Source of the DNA: a virus
Direction: 5' to 3' (one strand)
Length of the DNA: 64,000 nucleotides
IMG/VR virus record: IMGVR_UViG_3300025424_000009
Each line of letters opens with the position of its first letter. The stretch's first letter is position 1. A program made the translations under genes and the position numbers. Shown here one piece after another: positions 19,690 through 30,839 of the stretch. The notes beneath the pieces are model-generated. The model was not told the DNA's origin. It worked only from the letters and a program-made list of their open reading frames with translations, and did not search any database.

Positions 19690-20178
19690 ATGCCTTTATA
19701 CGGACGAGTAATAGATTCAGCTTTTATCAGAAGGGTAAACAGAGACCTTATTAACAGGGTAATGGGTGAGGAGGTAGGTTATTATAAACTTTCTCTTGCA
19801 GACACTCAAATAGATATATACGGAGAATCAAGTAGTAAGATGTATTTTAATCCTGTATTGCTTACTTGTATTGTAGGAAGAAATCCTCAACAAAATAATC
19901 AAACATCTTATGGTAGTGATACAGACAGGCTAATGTCTTTCTCCTTTCTTAAAGCTGACTTGATACCTATAGGACTAGTGCCGGAAAAGGGGGATATTAT
20001 TATGTGGAATGAATCTTATTTTGAAGTAGATATACCTATAGAAGACCAACTAGTGGTAGGCAAAGACCCTAATTATGCTTTAGAAGATTCTAATAAATAC
20101 TACGGTATGTCACTATCCATAACTTGTGAATCCCACCTCACTCATATTAATAGATTAAATATCATACAAAGTAGATAA
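19690..20178 (+). CDS. neck / head-closure protein (T4 gp14-like)
   Basis: PEKGDIIMWNESYFEV motif typical of head-closure proteins; synteny. Confidence 0.65.
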   Translation: MPLYGRVIDSAFIRRVNRDLINRVMGEEVGYYKLSLADTQIDIYGESSSKMYFNPVLLTCIVGRNPQQNNQTSYGSDTDRLMSFSFLKADLIPIGLVPEKGDIIMWNESYFEVDIPIEDQLVVGKDPNYALEDSNKYYGMSLSITCESHLTHINRLNIIQSR

Positions 20179-20181
20179 GTG

Positions 20182-20189
20182 ATATTTAT
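20182..20189 (+). promoter_or_regulatory. putative late promoter core ATATTTAT
   Basis: Intergenic, 9 nt upstream of ATG 20199. Confidence 0.55.
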
Positions 20190-20198
20190 TAATTACAG

Positions 20199-21425
20199 AT
20201 GCCGACCCCAAGAAGAAATCAGACTATCAAGCCTAGGCCACAAACAGAGCCTGAAGCATTCAACAATGCTATAGACCCTGTTATACCTAATACTAAACCA
20301 GATTTACCCGATTTACAAAATAGAGTACATCAAATTAGTCAAAAAAATGATGAACTAAGGGATTACTCAATAGGCCTTGAAGATATAGATACTGCGGTGT
20401 TCTACTACTTCAGAGAGGTTATAAAACCGTATGTAATAGAGGATTCAAACAGGGTCTCAGTTCCTGTTATATACGCAAACCCAGAAAGATTTAAATCAGC
20501 ACAGTATGACGGAGATATACGCGATAAAGATGGTAAAATCTTATTCCCTGTTATTACAATAAGGAAAGTAGACATAGAAAAGGTTAGAACACTTGGTAAT
20601 AAAATAGACGGCAATATAGCTCATAATCATTATCTATTTGAACAAAGGTATACTAAAGAGAATCAGTATGATAATTTTTCAGTAGTATTAAACAGGGTTC
20701 CTGTAAAGAAAATACAAGTCCTTACTGTACCTGATTACCACAGAATAACCTATAGTTGTGAGATTCATGTTAACAATGAACGTGATTTAAATAAGATTCT
20801 AGAAGCTGTAACATATTCATCTTATTCATATTGGGGAGACCCAAAGAGGTTTATGTTTATGGCTATGATAGATAGTGTACCTATTACTAGGGAAGTTAAT
20901 GCAAGTGAGAACAAGAAGATAAGCTCTACATTCAATATTATCTTAAATGGATATATCATTCCAGATTCCATTAATCATTACATGTCAACCAACCCTACTT
21001 ACTACTCAAAGGCAGCAGTAGTATTTAACAATGAGACAGTAGTACCTATATTCAATAATAAACAACAGAACAAAGTATCCTATGTTACTACTCAGCCGTC
21101 TATTATAATTAACAATAACACTAATTCTAGACTTGTGGATGCATATTTATCTCTTGTAGTATCTAAGCAAGCTTCATCTGAAGATATAGCCTCTAATAGC
21201 TTCTATTTGAGAAATTCAAGTATTGCTATAGCACCATCAGGATTACCTGCCACATCTGTAGATAATTTTACAGTTACTATAAACGGACAAGTAATAGGTA
21301 CTCCAGACATAACAGCTATAACACAAGTAGGAGCAGATGTACAAGTAATACTAGATACCTTCAAGCTAGGGTATGCATTACAACCATCATTTGAAATAAT
21401 TGTAAAAGGAAAATTTAGCAGCTAA
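20199..21425 (+). CDS. tail completion / sheath stabiliser (T4 gp15-like) with C-terminal extension
   Basis: VPVIYANPER, FPVITI, VPDYHRITY motifs; synteny. Confidence 0.65.
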   Translation: MPTPRRNQTIKPRPQTEPEAFNNAIDPVIPNTKPDLPDLQNRVHQISQKNDELRDYSIGLEDIDTAVFYYFREVIKPYVIEDSNRVSVPVIYANPERFKSAQYDGDIRDKDGKILFPVITIRKVDIEKVRTLGNKIDGNIAHNHYLFEQRYTKENQYDNFSVVLNRVPVKKIQVLTVPDYHRITYSCEIHVNNERDLNKILEAVTYSSYSYWGDPKRFMFMAMIDSVPITREVNASENKKISSTFNIILNGYIIPDSINHYMSTNPTYYSKAAVVFNNETVVPIFNNKQQNKVSYVTTQPSIIINNNTNSRLVDAYLSLVVSKQASSEDIASNSFYLRNSSIAIAPSGLPATSVDNFTVTINGQVIGTPDITAITQVGADVQVILDTFKLGYALQPSFEIIVKGKFSS

Positions 21426-23707
21426 TGCCTCATATCTACGGTTCACAACTTGAAATACCTTTTATCCTCGCAACAGGAAGTCAACAACTATTATACGTTG
21501 ACCAAAATGGTATATCTGGTTCTTTTGTAGGTAATTTAACAGGTACTGCCTCTTATGCTCTAAATGGTGGTGGTGGACAAGTATACCCAACTTACTTAGT
21601 TCCTTTTGGAGATGGAGTAACATCTGGAGGTACAACTAGCGGTCAATTTGTATTCAATTCATCCTCATATTTCAATGTAGAGGTAGACTTTGAAGATAAG
21701 AGTGCAGGGCATTGGTCTGGAGTAGGTGCCTCTGGTTTATGGGGAGAGAATTCATCAAGTTATTCTTACTTAGAAGTAGGTTACAATAATACTGGATATA
21801 CGTTTTCTGGAGTTATAAATACCAACGCAGGTATTTTCATGAATGATTCAGGGTTAACTATAACTAATTTTAATAATACGTTATATTGGCCTACAGGTAG
21901 TGGTAGTAGTGGAAGTGCACTTGTAACAAACGGTGCAGGTAATTTAGTATTTAGCCCTCAAGTCCCAACTGCATCATATGCTAGTACAGCATCATATGCA
22001 GATACAGCATCTTATGCATTGAGTGGGTTGTACATTATCATATCAGGTTCTAATACTATATCAAGTTTTACAGGACAATCTACTTGGTACTTTAACCACA
22101 ATTTGAATTATCAAGATGTTGTTGTTCAAACATTTGATTCAAATTACAATCAAATTATCCCTCAAAACATACAACTTACTGATGCAAATAATGTAACTAT
22201 TACATTTCCAGTAGCAGTAGATGGGTATGCAATAGCAGTAGTAGGGGGTACTTCTGGGGTAGGTGGTGCATATACACCTCTAATAGTAAAGACTAAATCT
22301 CAAATAGATACACTCATATCTACAAATGAACTAACACCTGGGGCATCATACTTAATAACAGGAGTAAACACGTCATTGTATGGGGGTACGGATATTATAC
22401 TAGAAGCTACATCCCATAATACATTGAGTTTATCGGGAAAAGGTAAATTCTATAATCCTAATTACCCACATAATAACAATGGAAATAATATATGGACTAA
22501 CATAAGTTACATATACACATACTCAACTTCCGGCGCATTTAATGCAAATGAAGACATAACTGCTGATAATGGAGCTACAGGTACGTTATATACTACATTA
22601 AGTTCTAGCCAATTTATATCATCTTCTGGAGATTGGACTACAGCTAATCATATAACAGGTAATTCAACTGGAGCCACAGCTTATATTGATGGAGTTGATA
22701 TACAATCCTATGCAGTATCATCCTCTGTATTTTGGGGAGGAAAAGCATGGGTAAACTTAACAGGAAATATAGGCTATTCAAGTAATGTATTAAATCTAAA
22801 TACAAATGATTGGCAAGCAATCCCATACTCTAATTTAGATTACTACAATGTAGTATGGGACGAAATACAATATGATTATACCCATGATCTTATTATTTAC
22901 AGGAAAGACTCCGCTAATAATGTAGTATTAACTAGTAAGGCTAACGAAGACTATAATCAAGATAATTTTAGTAATTTTTATTCTATAAATACATTTCAAT
23001 GGGGTAATCCTTACTCTTATTCTGGTAATAGAGGGGTAGGTGAAAATTATATATATAGTTCTTATTGTGAGAATGTAAATTTTACAGGACGTAATTTCAT
23101 ATGTAACACATTCACTCAGCAATCAGGCTTAACTAGTGGTAATTTCGGTAAACGAAATTCACATTTTAGTTATAACAATATTTTAAATAATTCAGTATTG
23201 TATAACAATAATTTTTCAAATTCAACTTTTAGTTATAATACATTAAATGCCAGTTATGTAGGGTATGACATATTCAGCGCAGGATCTAATTTAGCTAATA
23301 ATAGTTATATAAGCAGTTATATGGGTGGTAATACATTTGATAGTATCGGTCTAAATAATAACACTTTTAACAATAGTGGTATGTATGATAATAAGTTGCT
23401 AAATTCCAATATATCCAACAATACACTAAATAACAATGGTTCTATTGGTAACATCACATTAACAAATTCCACAATACAATATAATAATATCCAAAACAAT
23501 GGAGGTTTTTCATTTTCAAATACTATAGACTCTAAAACATTACAATATATAACTTGTGAGAATGTAACTTTGAGTATGGACATATCATCAGCAACTGATA
23601 TTTATAATGGGTACACTAAAAGAGTAATAGGTAGACAAGATGGAACTCCAGTATTAATGTTCATCGACAATTCAAATACTCAAATAATAGAAGCAGTAAC
23701 AACATAA
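21425..23707 (+). CDS. tail fibre / spike-associated protein with Asn-rich beta-helix C-terminus
   Basis: TASYA repeats, FNHNLN..DVVVQ.FD domain, N-rich periodic repeats (NNxFxN) in last third. Confidence 0.6.
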   Translation: MPHIYGSQLEIPFILATGSQQLLYVDQNGISGSFVGNLTGTASYALNGGGGQVYPTYLVPFGDGVTSGGTTSGQFVFNSSSYFNVEVDFEDKSAGHWSGVGASGLWGENSSSYSYLEVGYNNTGYTFSGVINTNAGIFMNDSGLTITNFNNTLYWPTGSGSSGSALVTNGAGNLVFSPQVPTASYASTASYADTASYALSGLYIIISGSNTISSFTGQSTWYFNHNLNYQDVVVQTFDSNYNQIIPQNIQLTDANNVTITFPVAVDGYAIAVVGGTSGVGGAYTPLIVKTKSQIDTLISTNELTPGASYLITGVNTSLYGGTDIILEATSHNTLSLSGKGKFYNPNYPHNNNGNNIWTNISYIYTYSTSGAFNANEDITADNGATGTLYTTLSSSQFISSSGDWTTANHITGNSTGATAYIDGVDIQSYAVSSSVFWGGKAWVNLTGNIGYSSNVLNLNTNDWQAIPYSNLDYYNVVWDEIQYDYTHDLIIYRKDSANNVVLTSKANEDYNQDNFSNFYSINTFQWGNPYSYSGNRGVGENYIYSSYCENVNFTGRNFICNTFTQQSGLTSGNFGKRNSHFSYNNILNNSVLYNNNFSNSTFSYNTLNASYVGYDIFSAGSNLANNSYISSYMGGNTFDSIGLNNNTFNNSGMYDNKLLNSNISNNTLNNNGSIGNITLTNSTIQYNNIQNNGGFSFSNTIDSKTLQYITCENVTLSMDISSATDIYNGYTKRVIGRQDGTPVLMFIDNSNTQIIEAVTT

Positions 23708-23720
23708 AATAAAAAATAAC

Positions 23721-24008
23721 ATGGCAACAGTAAATTTTGACGAATCAGTAGGAGGTTTAGCAGCAAAGATAACTCCTTTCAAGGCAGTGTTTAATGATAC
23801 AGAAAATGTAACACACCTTCGTATAACACTTACAAATGATAATCAAAAAGATAGAGCAAGTCTTTGGTGGGAAGTAATAGATTCAAAAGGTATAAAACAT
23901 GTATCTGGCACATTAGTACTAACAGGTGAAGATTACATTAACTACAATGTTTCAAAAGAAACAAGGTTTACCTATGTAGCTGGTAAAATAGGTGTTACAT
24001 TCATTTAA
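23721..24008 (+). CDS. small hypothetical protein (possible fibre accessory)
   Basis: 95-aa ORF with A-rich leader between two fibre-like genes. Confidence 0.6.
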   Translation: MATVNFDESVGGLAAKITPFKAVFNDTENVTHLRITLTNDNQKDRASLWWEVIDSKGIKHVSGTLVLTGEDYINYNVSKETRFTYVAGKIGVTFI

Positions 24009-24016
24009 TCTAGTCA

Positions 24017-27000
24017 ATGACGATATATTCTCCGATAGTATCTGGATCTTTAGAAGTAGCTGGTAACGTAGTAGTATCAGGGTCAGGCGATAGCTTATTA
24101 GATATAGTAGCTACCGACCAAGGACCTTGGACATTTCGTATGTTTAACACTACATTTTCATCAAGTGCAGCACTAGAAGGGTTTATATGGGATACAGGCA
24201 GGGCTTCTATAGGTACCGAAATAGACAATACTATAGAACTATCTACCAACAATAGGTATGATAATCCTCAATTTACAATATCTAGCTCATTTGTAAAGAT
24301 AGACAGCGTACCACTTTTAATAAGAAATAGCAGTGCGCAATGGGTAGATAATGATGGAAATGTAAATGCACAGATTAATAGTGATGGGAGTGGGTATTTG
24401 GGTGGAAGTAATCCTTACGGTGGTAATATTTTATTTAATAATAATGGAAATTTTACTATAAATAGCGATAATTATGGTGATGCTTTTTTTCAAGTTGCTT
24501 CTCAATCAAGATATATTTTTATAGGAGATTTAAATAATGATAATAACAGTACCTATATAAAATTAGACGACAACACACAAACCATCACAGCCAACGCCAC
24601 CAATGGCTATACGTTTAGTGGAGGTAATGCTAATTTCAATAATAGTGCAATAGGGAATTTTGATAATAATAATTGGGAAATTCTTGAAAATGGACTAGTT
24701 AGAGGTACATCTTTACAAGCTATAGATGCATATAATAGTTTTGAAGCAGATATTAATTGGAATAATGGATTTATTGGATTAGGAACAGATAATAATAGTT
24801 ATGCATATAGTTATCAGTTAAATGCAAATGGAATAGCTGTATCTTATTTTGATTATATTGGTAATCAAAATACTTTTAATTCAAATGCATATTCAGTTCA
24901 AGGAACTTATGGAACAGATGGGAGTAGTTATCAATTAGCAGGCAATGGAATTAATCTTGTTTATCAAAATAATTCTATTTTTAATATTGATGCAAATGGT
25001 AACGTAACAGCCAATAGCTTCATAAAAACAGGAGGAACATCAGCACAATATTTAATGGCTGATGGTAGTGTTAGTTCTGGACCTACTGTTTATAGTACAC
25101 TATCCCAAATATTAACTAATGGTAATACAACTAGCGGTAATAATATAATTATATCAGATAATGATAGTATTTATGCTGCTGATTTTAACACAGATTATTC
25201 AAACCCCACCTCACAATTTGTTATTAGAGGTTCTAATGCTGCCATTGGTGGGACAAGTCAAGGTGGTGGAAATATTATAATACAGGGTGGGGCATCTTAT
25301 ACAGGAGAAAGCCAAACAGCAGGAGATGTCATCCTTAAAGGGGGTGTAAATAACTATGCTGGACCACTTAATAATGGGTATGTAAGATTATTTACAGCTA
25401 ATACAGAAAGAGTAACAGTTGATAGTGCTAATGGATATGTGGGGATAGGAACAACTTCTCCTACTGAAAAATTAGAAGTAAATGGTAATGTTAAAGTAAG
25501 TAATAGAATAACAGCAGATGATGGAACATTTAATCAGACATTAAGTGTTGGTGGAGCAAGTGCTGGAAGTACAGGAGATATTGCAGCTAGTGGAGATGTT
25601 TATGGTAATTCATTTATTACAAGTGGTGGTACATCTGCACAATATGTAGCTGGAGATGGTTCTTTGATAACTTTTCCAACTATCCCCTCTGTAGGCACAT
25701 GGGGAGCTTTAAATTATCCTACATGGTCTTCTGGTACTCCTTTTATAAAAATGACTACTGCTGGTACATTTGCTCTTGATACAAATACCTATTTAACTTC
25801 TGTAGGGATAGCTAATTTAACAGCTACAGGAACACCTTCTTCTTCAACATATCTTAGAGGGGATAATACTTGGGCTACTATTTCTGGAACCATATCAGGA
25901 CTTACTTCTGGACAAGTAGCATTTGCTAATGATACTACTTCAATAACAGGAAGTTCTAATTTTACTTGGAATAATTCAACAGGTCAATTATCAACTACAA
26001 ATACAGGTGTAAATACCATACCTTTAATAATTAATAGAACTGGTAACAATAGTCCTGCATTAGGAGGAGATTTAGGAAGCAGAAGTATTGCTTCTTTTAC
26101 GGCAGGAAGTAATGTTACATATATACATCAAGGTGCAATTAGCAATCTCAGTGGATTAACATTAAATCCATTTGGAAGTTATGTATCAATAGGAGGTACA
26201 TATAATAGCCAAGGTTCAACACTTAATGTTTATGGATATGGAACTACCCATAATAGCAACTCATTTACTGTATGGAATAATCTTGGTAATTATGGAAACA
26301 TCAATGCAAGTTTCCCAATGTTTAATGTTTCTAGTGGAGGAAATGTAACTATTGGCTTTGATTATAACACTTCATTTACAGTACCTTCATCTTTATTTCA
26401 AGTTTACCAATCAAATACAGGTATAGGTACTGTATCTACATCAGGAACTACAGTTACTGGTACTAATACACAATTTACTAATACTTTTAAAGTAGGAGAT
26501 ACTATTACAATTGCATCAGTAGCATACACTATATCAGCTATAGCATCTAATACAAGTATGACTACAAGTACCCTTCCTACTTTATCAAATCAATCATATA
26601 ATGTATCTAGTGCAAATAGATTTAATGTTTATGGTAATGGTAATATAGTATTTGGCTCTACATCTTCAATGTGGTATGATGCTAGATATGGTGCTTTAAA
26701 TATAGGATCATCTGCAAGTCAATCTACTTATAAACTAAATGTGAGTGGGTCTGTAAATGCCACTTCATACAATGTATCAGGAGGAACATCAACACAGTTT
26801 CTTAAAGCGAATGGAACACTTGATAGTAATACATATTTAACATCTGGAGCAGCTAGTGGAAGTTATCAACCTTTAAATTCCAATTTAACTTCTATAAGTG
26901 GATTATCTTACTCCTCATTAGGGTTTTTAAAGATGACTGCTGCTGGTACATTTGCTTTAGATACAAATTCTTATTACCTATCTTCCAATCCTAGTAATTA

Positions 27001-29689
27001 CATCACTTTATCTTCCATTTCAGCAGGGACAGGTATTTATTATAATAATACAACAGGTGTTATAACATCAACAATAACACAATATACTGATAGTAATGCT
27101 AGGGCTGCTATCTCTCTTACTACAACAGGTAGCAGTGGTTCTTCATCTTATTCCTCTTCTACAGGAATATTAAATATTCCAACATATACATTAGTTGGAT
27201 TAGGAGGATTATCATTATTAGGAGGAGATTTAACAGGAACAGCAGGATCTGGTTATCATGGATTTATTTCTCAATCAGCAACACCTTCTACTCCTTCTTC
27301 AGGATTTAGATTTTATGCCGATAGTACAAATAGACTTTCCTGGATAGGAACAAATGGATATACAAGAACATTTGATGGGACATCTAACACTGATAATAGA
27401 GTATATACACTTCCAAATAGAGATATTACATTTGATAATATTACAACATCTTCCACCACTAATGGTACAGGATTCTTAAAAGGAAATGGCTCAAATATTT
27501 CTTTTGATAATAGCACATATATTACAGGATCAGCAGGTTCTAATGGACAAATACAATTCAATAATTCTGGAGCTTTTGGAGCTTCAAGTAATTTACAATG
27601 GAATAATTCTTCTAATTATTTAGGGATAGGTCAGCTTTCAACTCCATCAGGTACACCTACTACATCAACAGCAACAACAGGCGGTACTTTAACTGCTTCT
27701 ACATATTATTACAAAATAGTTGCAATAGATGGTAATGGTAATACAACATTAGCTGGAACAGAAAAATCTCAAACAACAACAGGAAGCACATCAACTGTAA
27801 CAATATCATGGACGACAGTAGCAGGGGCATACTCTTATAGAATATATCAAGGTACTGTTTCTAATTCACAAACACAATACCTAACAGCAACAACAAATAC
27901 TGTAATAGATATAGGAAGTGGCTACACTACAGGCAGTAGTTTACCAAGTAGTAACACTACCTCAATGAACTACATAAACAGCAGTTCAAACAACTTCTTA
28001 AACGGTATTACAGTTGGTAAAGGTAATGGTAATTTATTTAACAATACAGCAATAGGTGTTGGCGCATTAAATGTTACAATAGGATCAGCAAATACAGCAG
28101 TAGGATATAATGCATTGTTATCAGTCACATCAGGAAGTAATAATGCTGCTTTAGGTTCAGGTGCAGGATACCAAATAAATACAGGGGCTAGAAATTTAGC
28201 AATAGGGACAAGTACATTAGCTGCTTTAACTTCTGGAGGGAACAATGTAGCAGTAGGATATACAGCACTTAATGGAATAACTACACAATCAAACAATGTA
28301 GCTATTGGGGATTTATCAGGTAGATTTATATCAGGAGGTTCTACTGCTAATACAGGCTCTTCAAATAGTGTATTTATTGGACAAGCCTCTTATCCTTTAG
28401 CTGATAATCAAACCAATCAAATAGCCATAGGCTATCAAACAGTAGGCTTAGGGTCTAATACATCTGTAATAGGTAATTCCTCAACCTTAGTACATGGTAT
28501 ATGGGGGAGGACACTAATAGGTACATCAACATTGCCAAGTGATGATGGTAGTACGATGTTGCAAGTTGGAGGTAATATTAGCATTAATACAATGCCATCT
28601 AATCTAGCTCTATTAAGTGTTAATCAACCTACTACAGGTATAGGAACAATAGTAATAAATAGTTCAGGAGCTGTAACAGGTACAGGTACACAATTTACAA
28701 ATACATTTAAACTTACAGATACCTTTACTTGTAATTCTGTACTATATACCATTACAGCTATTTCTTCTGATACAGCAATGACTGTATCTCCTACAACAGC
28801 TCAAACTAGCCAAGGATATACATTAACAGGAGGTAGTAGATTTAATGTTTATAGCAATGGAAATATAACATTTGGAGCTAGCTCAGGAACAATTGGAGGT
28901 GCTAATAGTAAAATGTGGTGGGATGCAGCTAATAACGCTCTTAATATAGGAACTTCTACTATTCAAAGTAGTTATTTATTAAATGTTAATGGTTCTGCAA
29001 ATATTAATTCACAATTGTATATAGGTGGAGGTTCTGGTAGGGGCATCTTTGTAAATAAAGCAGGTTCTTCCCCTACATGGATTTCTGTAGCACTAACTAA
29101 TACTACAGTTTCAGCCGACTTAGGGTTAGCAGGAACAACAAATGATTTTTTCGCAGGCACATCAGCTAACGATATATGTTTTAAAGCATATTCAAATAGT
29201 GGTAGTTCAAGATTTTTTATAGGAGCAACTGCTGTATCAGTAGCTAATATAGTTCTGTTTTCATCAGGAGCTATTGTTATGGGAGCTACTACTGATGATA
29301 CTATAAATAAATTACAAGTATCAGGAAGAACTAAATTAAATGGACAAGTTTCTTATGGTGGAACTACACCTACAATAGCTGCTGGAACAGGAGCTGGGAC
29401 ATCTCCCACTGTATCAATAGCAGGAACAAATAATGGAGGACTTGTAACAGTGACAACTGGAACTTTACCTTCAACATCATCCACTGTAGTTACTATAACA
29501 TATACAGGAGCTTTTGCAACAGGAAGTCAAGTAGTATTATACCCCACCAACAGTAATACAGCTTTATTATCAGGAGTATCTATGGTATATACAACAGGAA
29601 CCACAACTACATTTACAATAACAGCAGGAATAACAGCATTAACAGCAGCAACAACTTATGCATGGGCTTACCATGTAACAGGATATTAA
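24017..29689 (+). CDS. long tail fibre protein (1890 aa)
   Basis: G/S/T/N-rich; VGIGTTSPTEKLEVNG, NTAIG/NTAVG/NVAVG/NVAIG trimeric beta repeats; internal duplicated modules. Confidence 0.8.
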   Translation: MTIYSPIVSGSLEVAGNVVVSGSGDSLLDIVATDQGPWTFRMFNTTFSSSAALEGFIWDTGRASIGTEIDNTIELSTNNRYDNPQFTISSSFVKIDSVPLLIRNSSAQWVDNDGNVNAQINSDGSGYLGGSNPYGGNILFNNNGNFTINSDNYGDAFFQVASQSRYIFIGDLNNDNNSTYIKLDDNTQTITANATNGYTFSGGNANFNNSAIGNFDNNNWEILENGLVRGTSLQAIDAYNSFEADINWNNGFIGLGTDNNSYAYSYQLNANGIAVSYFDYIGNQNTFNSNAYSVQGTYGTDGSSYQLAGNGINLVYQNNSIFNIDANGNVTANSFIKTGGTSAQYLMADGSVSSGPTVYSTLSQILTNGNTTSGNNIIISDNDSIYAADFNTDYSNPTSQFVIRGSNAAIGGTSQGGGNIIIQGGASYTGESQTAGDVILKGGVNNYAGPLNNGYVRLFTANTERVTVDSANGYVGIGTTSPTEKLEVNGNVKVSNRITADDGTFNQTLSVGGASAGSTGDIAASGDVYGNSFITSGGTSAQYVAGDGSLITFPTIPSVGTWGALNYPTWSSGTPFIKMTTAGTFALDTNTYLTSVGIANLTATGTPSSSTYLRGDNTWATISGTISGLTSGQVAFANDTTSITGSSNFTWNNSTGQLSTTNTGVNTIPLIINRTGNNSPALGGDLGSRSIASFTAGSNVTYIHQGAISNLSGLTLNPFGSYVSIGGTYNSQGSTLNVYGYGTTHNSNSFTVWNNLGNYGNINASFPMFNVSSGGNVTIGFDYNTSFTVPSSLFQVYQSNTGIGTVSTSGTTVTGTNTQFTNTFKVGDTITIASVAYTISAIASNTSMTTSTLPTLSNQSYNVSSANRFNVYGNGNIVFGSTSSMWYDARYGALNIGSSASQSTYKLNVSGSVNATSYNVSGGTSTQFLKANGTLDSNTYLTSGAASGSYQPLNSNLTSISGLSYSSLGFLKMTAAGTFALDTNSYYLSSNPSNYITLSSISAGTGIYYNNTTGVITSTITQYTDSNARAAISLTTTGSSGSSSYSSSTGILNIPTYTLVGLGGLSLLGGDLTGTAGSGYHGFISQSATPSTPSSGFRFYADSTNRLSWIGTNGYTRTFDGTSNTDNRVYTLPNRDITFDNITTSSTTNGTGFLKGNGSNISFDNSTYITGSAGSNGQIQFNNSGAFGASSNLQWNNSSNYLGIGQLSTPSGTPTTSTATTGGTLTASTYYYKIVAIDGNGNTTLAGTEKSQTTTGSTSTVTISWTTVAGAYSYRIYQGTVSNSQTQYLTATTNTVIDIGSGYTTGSSLPSSNTTSMNYINSSSNNFLNGITVGKGNGNLFNNTAIGVGALNVTIGSANTAVGYNALLSVTSGSNNAALGSGAGYQINTGARNLAIGTSTLAALTSGGNNVAVGYTALNGITTQSNNVAIGDLSGRFISGGSTANTGSSNSVFIGQASYPLADNQTNQIAIGYQTVGLGSNTSVIGNSSTLVHGIWGRTLIGTSTLPSDDGSTMLQVGGNISINTMPSNLALLSVNQPTTGIGTIVINSSGAVTGTGTQFTNTFKLTDTFTCNSVLYTITAISSDTAMTVSPTTAQTSQGYTLTGGSRFNVYSNGNITFGASSGTIGGANSKMWWDAANNALNIGTSTIQSSYLLNVNGSANINSQLYIGGGSGRGIFVNKAGSSPTWISVALTNTTVSADLGLAGTTNDFFAGTSANDICFKAYSNSGSSRFFIGATAVSVANIVLFSSGAIVMGATTDDTINKLQVSGRTKLNGQVSYGGTTPTIAAGTGAGTSPTVSIAGTNNGGLVTVTTGTLPSTSSTVVTITYTGAFATGSQVVLYPTNSNTALLSGVSMVYTTGTTTTFTITAGITALTAATTYAWAYHVTGY

Positions 29690-29699
29690 ATACAAACTT

Positions 29700-29999
29700 A
29701 TGATAACATTTACAAAATCAATAGAACTAATAAAAGATGAATTATTTAAACCCCAAATGGGAACATTCACTTTATTAGATGGAATAATTACAGATGAAAA
29801 TAATGTTCAATATGTAAAACTACAATTTGAACTATTACAAAATCATCAATCAGGAAATAAAACAGTGAGAACTGGAATAGTATCAGTACCTAAACAAATG
29901 TTTGATACCTTATCTATCAGTTATGACGGACAAATAGGAACTCCATCTGCATGTAAAGATTTATTACAAAATTTTAATATCAATGACTTAAGTGACTAA
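29700..29999 (+). CDS. small hypothetical protein (possible fibre chaperone)
   Basis: 99-aa ORF directly after fibre gene. Confidence 0.6.
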   Translation: MITFTKSIELIKDELFKPQMGTFTLLDGIITDENNVQYVKLQFELLQNHQSGNKTVRTGIVSVPKQMFDTLSISYDGQIGTPSACKDLLQNFNINDLSD

Positions 30000-30002
30000 T
30001 AT

Positions 30003-30380
30003 ATGAAACAAATCATCATTTCAATTTTACTGATTATAGTAGCTATTCTATTAATGTTATTATTGTTAATACCAGCTATAATTTGGCAATGTAGATGTAT
30101 ATTTAAAGAACATAAGCCTTACTCATACATGTCAAATCTTCTATTCTCTATAGCTCAATGTATAGACGAATTAGGAAATGTTGCATATCAAGAGTTATGG
30201 AATGATGTATTGATTACAAGTAAAGGTTACCGCTTCGGTCTAGCAAGTGAGCGTATCAGCAGCGTAATCGGAAAAAACTTATTAATGGGTACACTATCCC
30301 CTACAGGAAAGTGGTTAAATAACATACTAAACAAAATAGAACCAAACCATACAATAAATTCTATACAAAGGAATGTATAA
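30003..30380 (+). CDS. membrane protein
   Basis: Long N-terminal hydrophobic helix, then IDELGN...FG..SERISSVIGKN. Confidence 0.65.
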   Translation: MKQIIISILLIIVAILLMLLLLIPAIIWQCRCIFKEHKPYSYMSNLLFSIAQCIDELGNVAYQELWNDVLITSKGYRFGLASERISSVIGKNLLMGTLSPTGKWLNNILNKIEPNHTINSIQRNV

Positions 30381-30386
30381 TTATAC

Positions 30387-30394
30387 TATCTTTG
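30387..30394 (+). promoter_or_regulatory. possible Bacteroidota sigma70 -7 element (TATCTTTG)
   Basis: Matches TAnnTTTG; no clear -33 TTTG. Confidence 0.4.
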
Positions 30395-30416
30395 CAATAA
30401 ATTAAAATTAAATTAA

Positions 30417-30809
30417 ATGGAGTTAACAAACAACGAGTTATCAATTCTAGTAGAAGAAATCAACGATGCAATTGGTAAAATAAGTAAAGAAGGCGGACAG
30501 CCTCTTAAGTTCAATCTTACTGTACTATTTGAAAAAGCACTTGAAGGTATAAAACCCTTTAATAAGCTAAAGGAAGAGTTTTTAAAAGAAAAAGGAACCC
30601 CAGGAGAGAATGGTACCTACTATATCCCCCAAGTAATAGATAAAGATAAACCTATTACAGAAGATAATCTAACCACTGAGTTTAAAGAATTCTTAGATTT
30701 ATTAAATCAGAAAGTAGAAATTACATTTAAAATGATTCCTGTTTCATATTTTGAAAAGTTAAATTCAGATAAGCTATATCCTATTCTATCTAAGTTTGTA
30801 GAGTTGTAG
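30417..30809 (+). CDS. hypothetical protein
   Basis: 130-aa helical ORF with A-rich leader. Confidence 0.65.
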   Translation: MELTNNELSILVEEINDAIGKISKEGGQPLKFNLTVLFEKALEGIKPFNKLKEEFLKEKGTPGENGTYYIPQVIDKDKPITEDNLTTEFKEFLDLLNQKVEITFKMIPVSYFEKLNSDKLYPILSKFVEL

Positions 30810-30839
30810 TTTAGGTATTTCATCCTAGAGAATATAGTT

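Noticed and set aside
21425-29689. Diversity-generating retroelement targeting the fibre genes
   Set aside because: No reverse transcriptase and no near-identical TR/VR pair differing only at adenines in the window; the internal repeats differ at all base types
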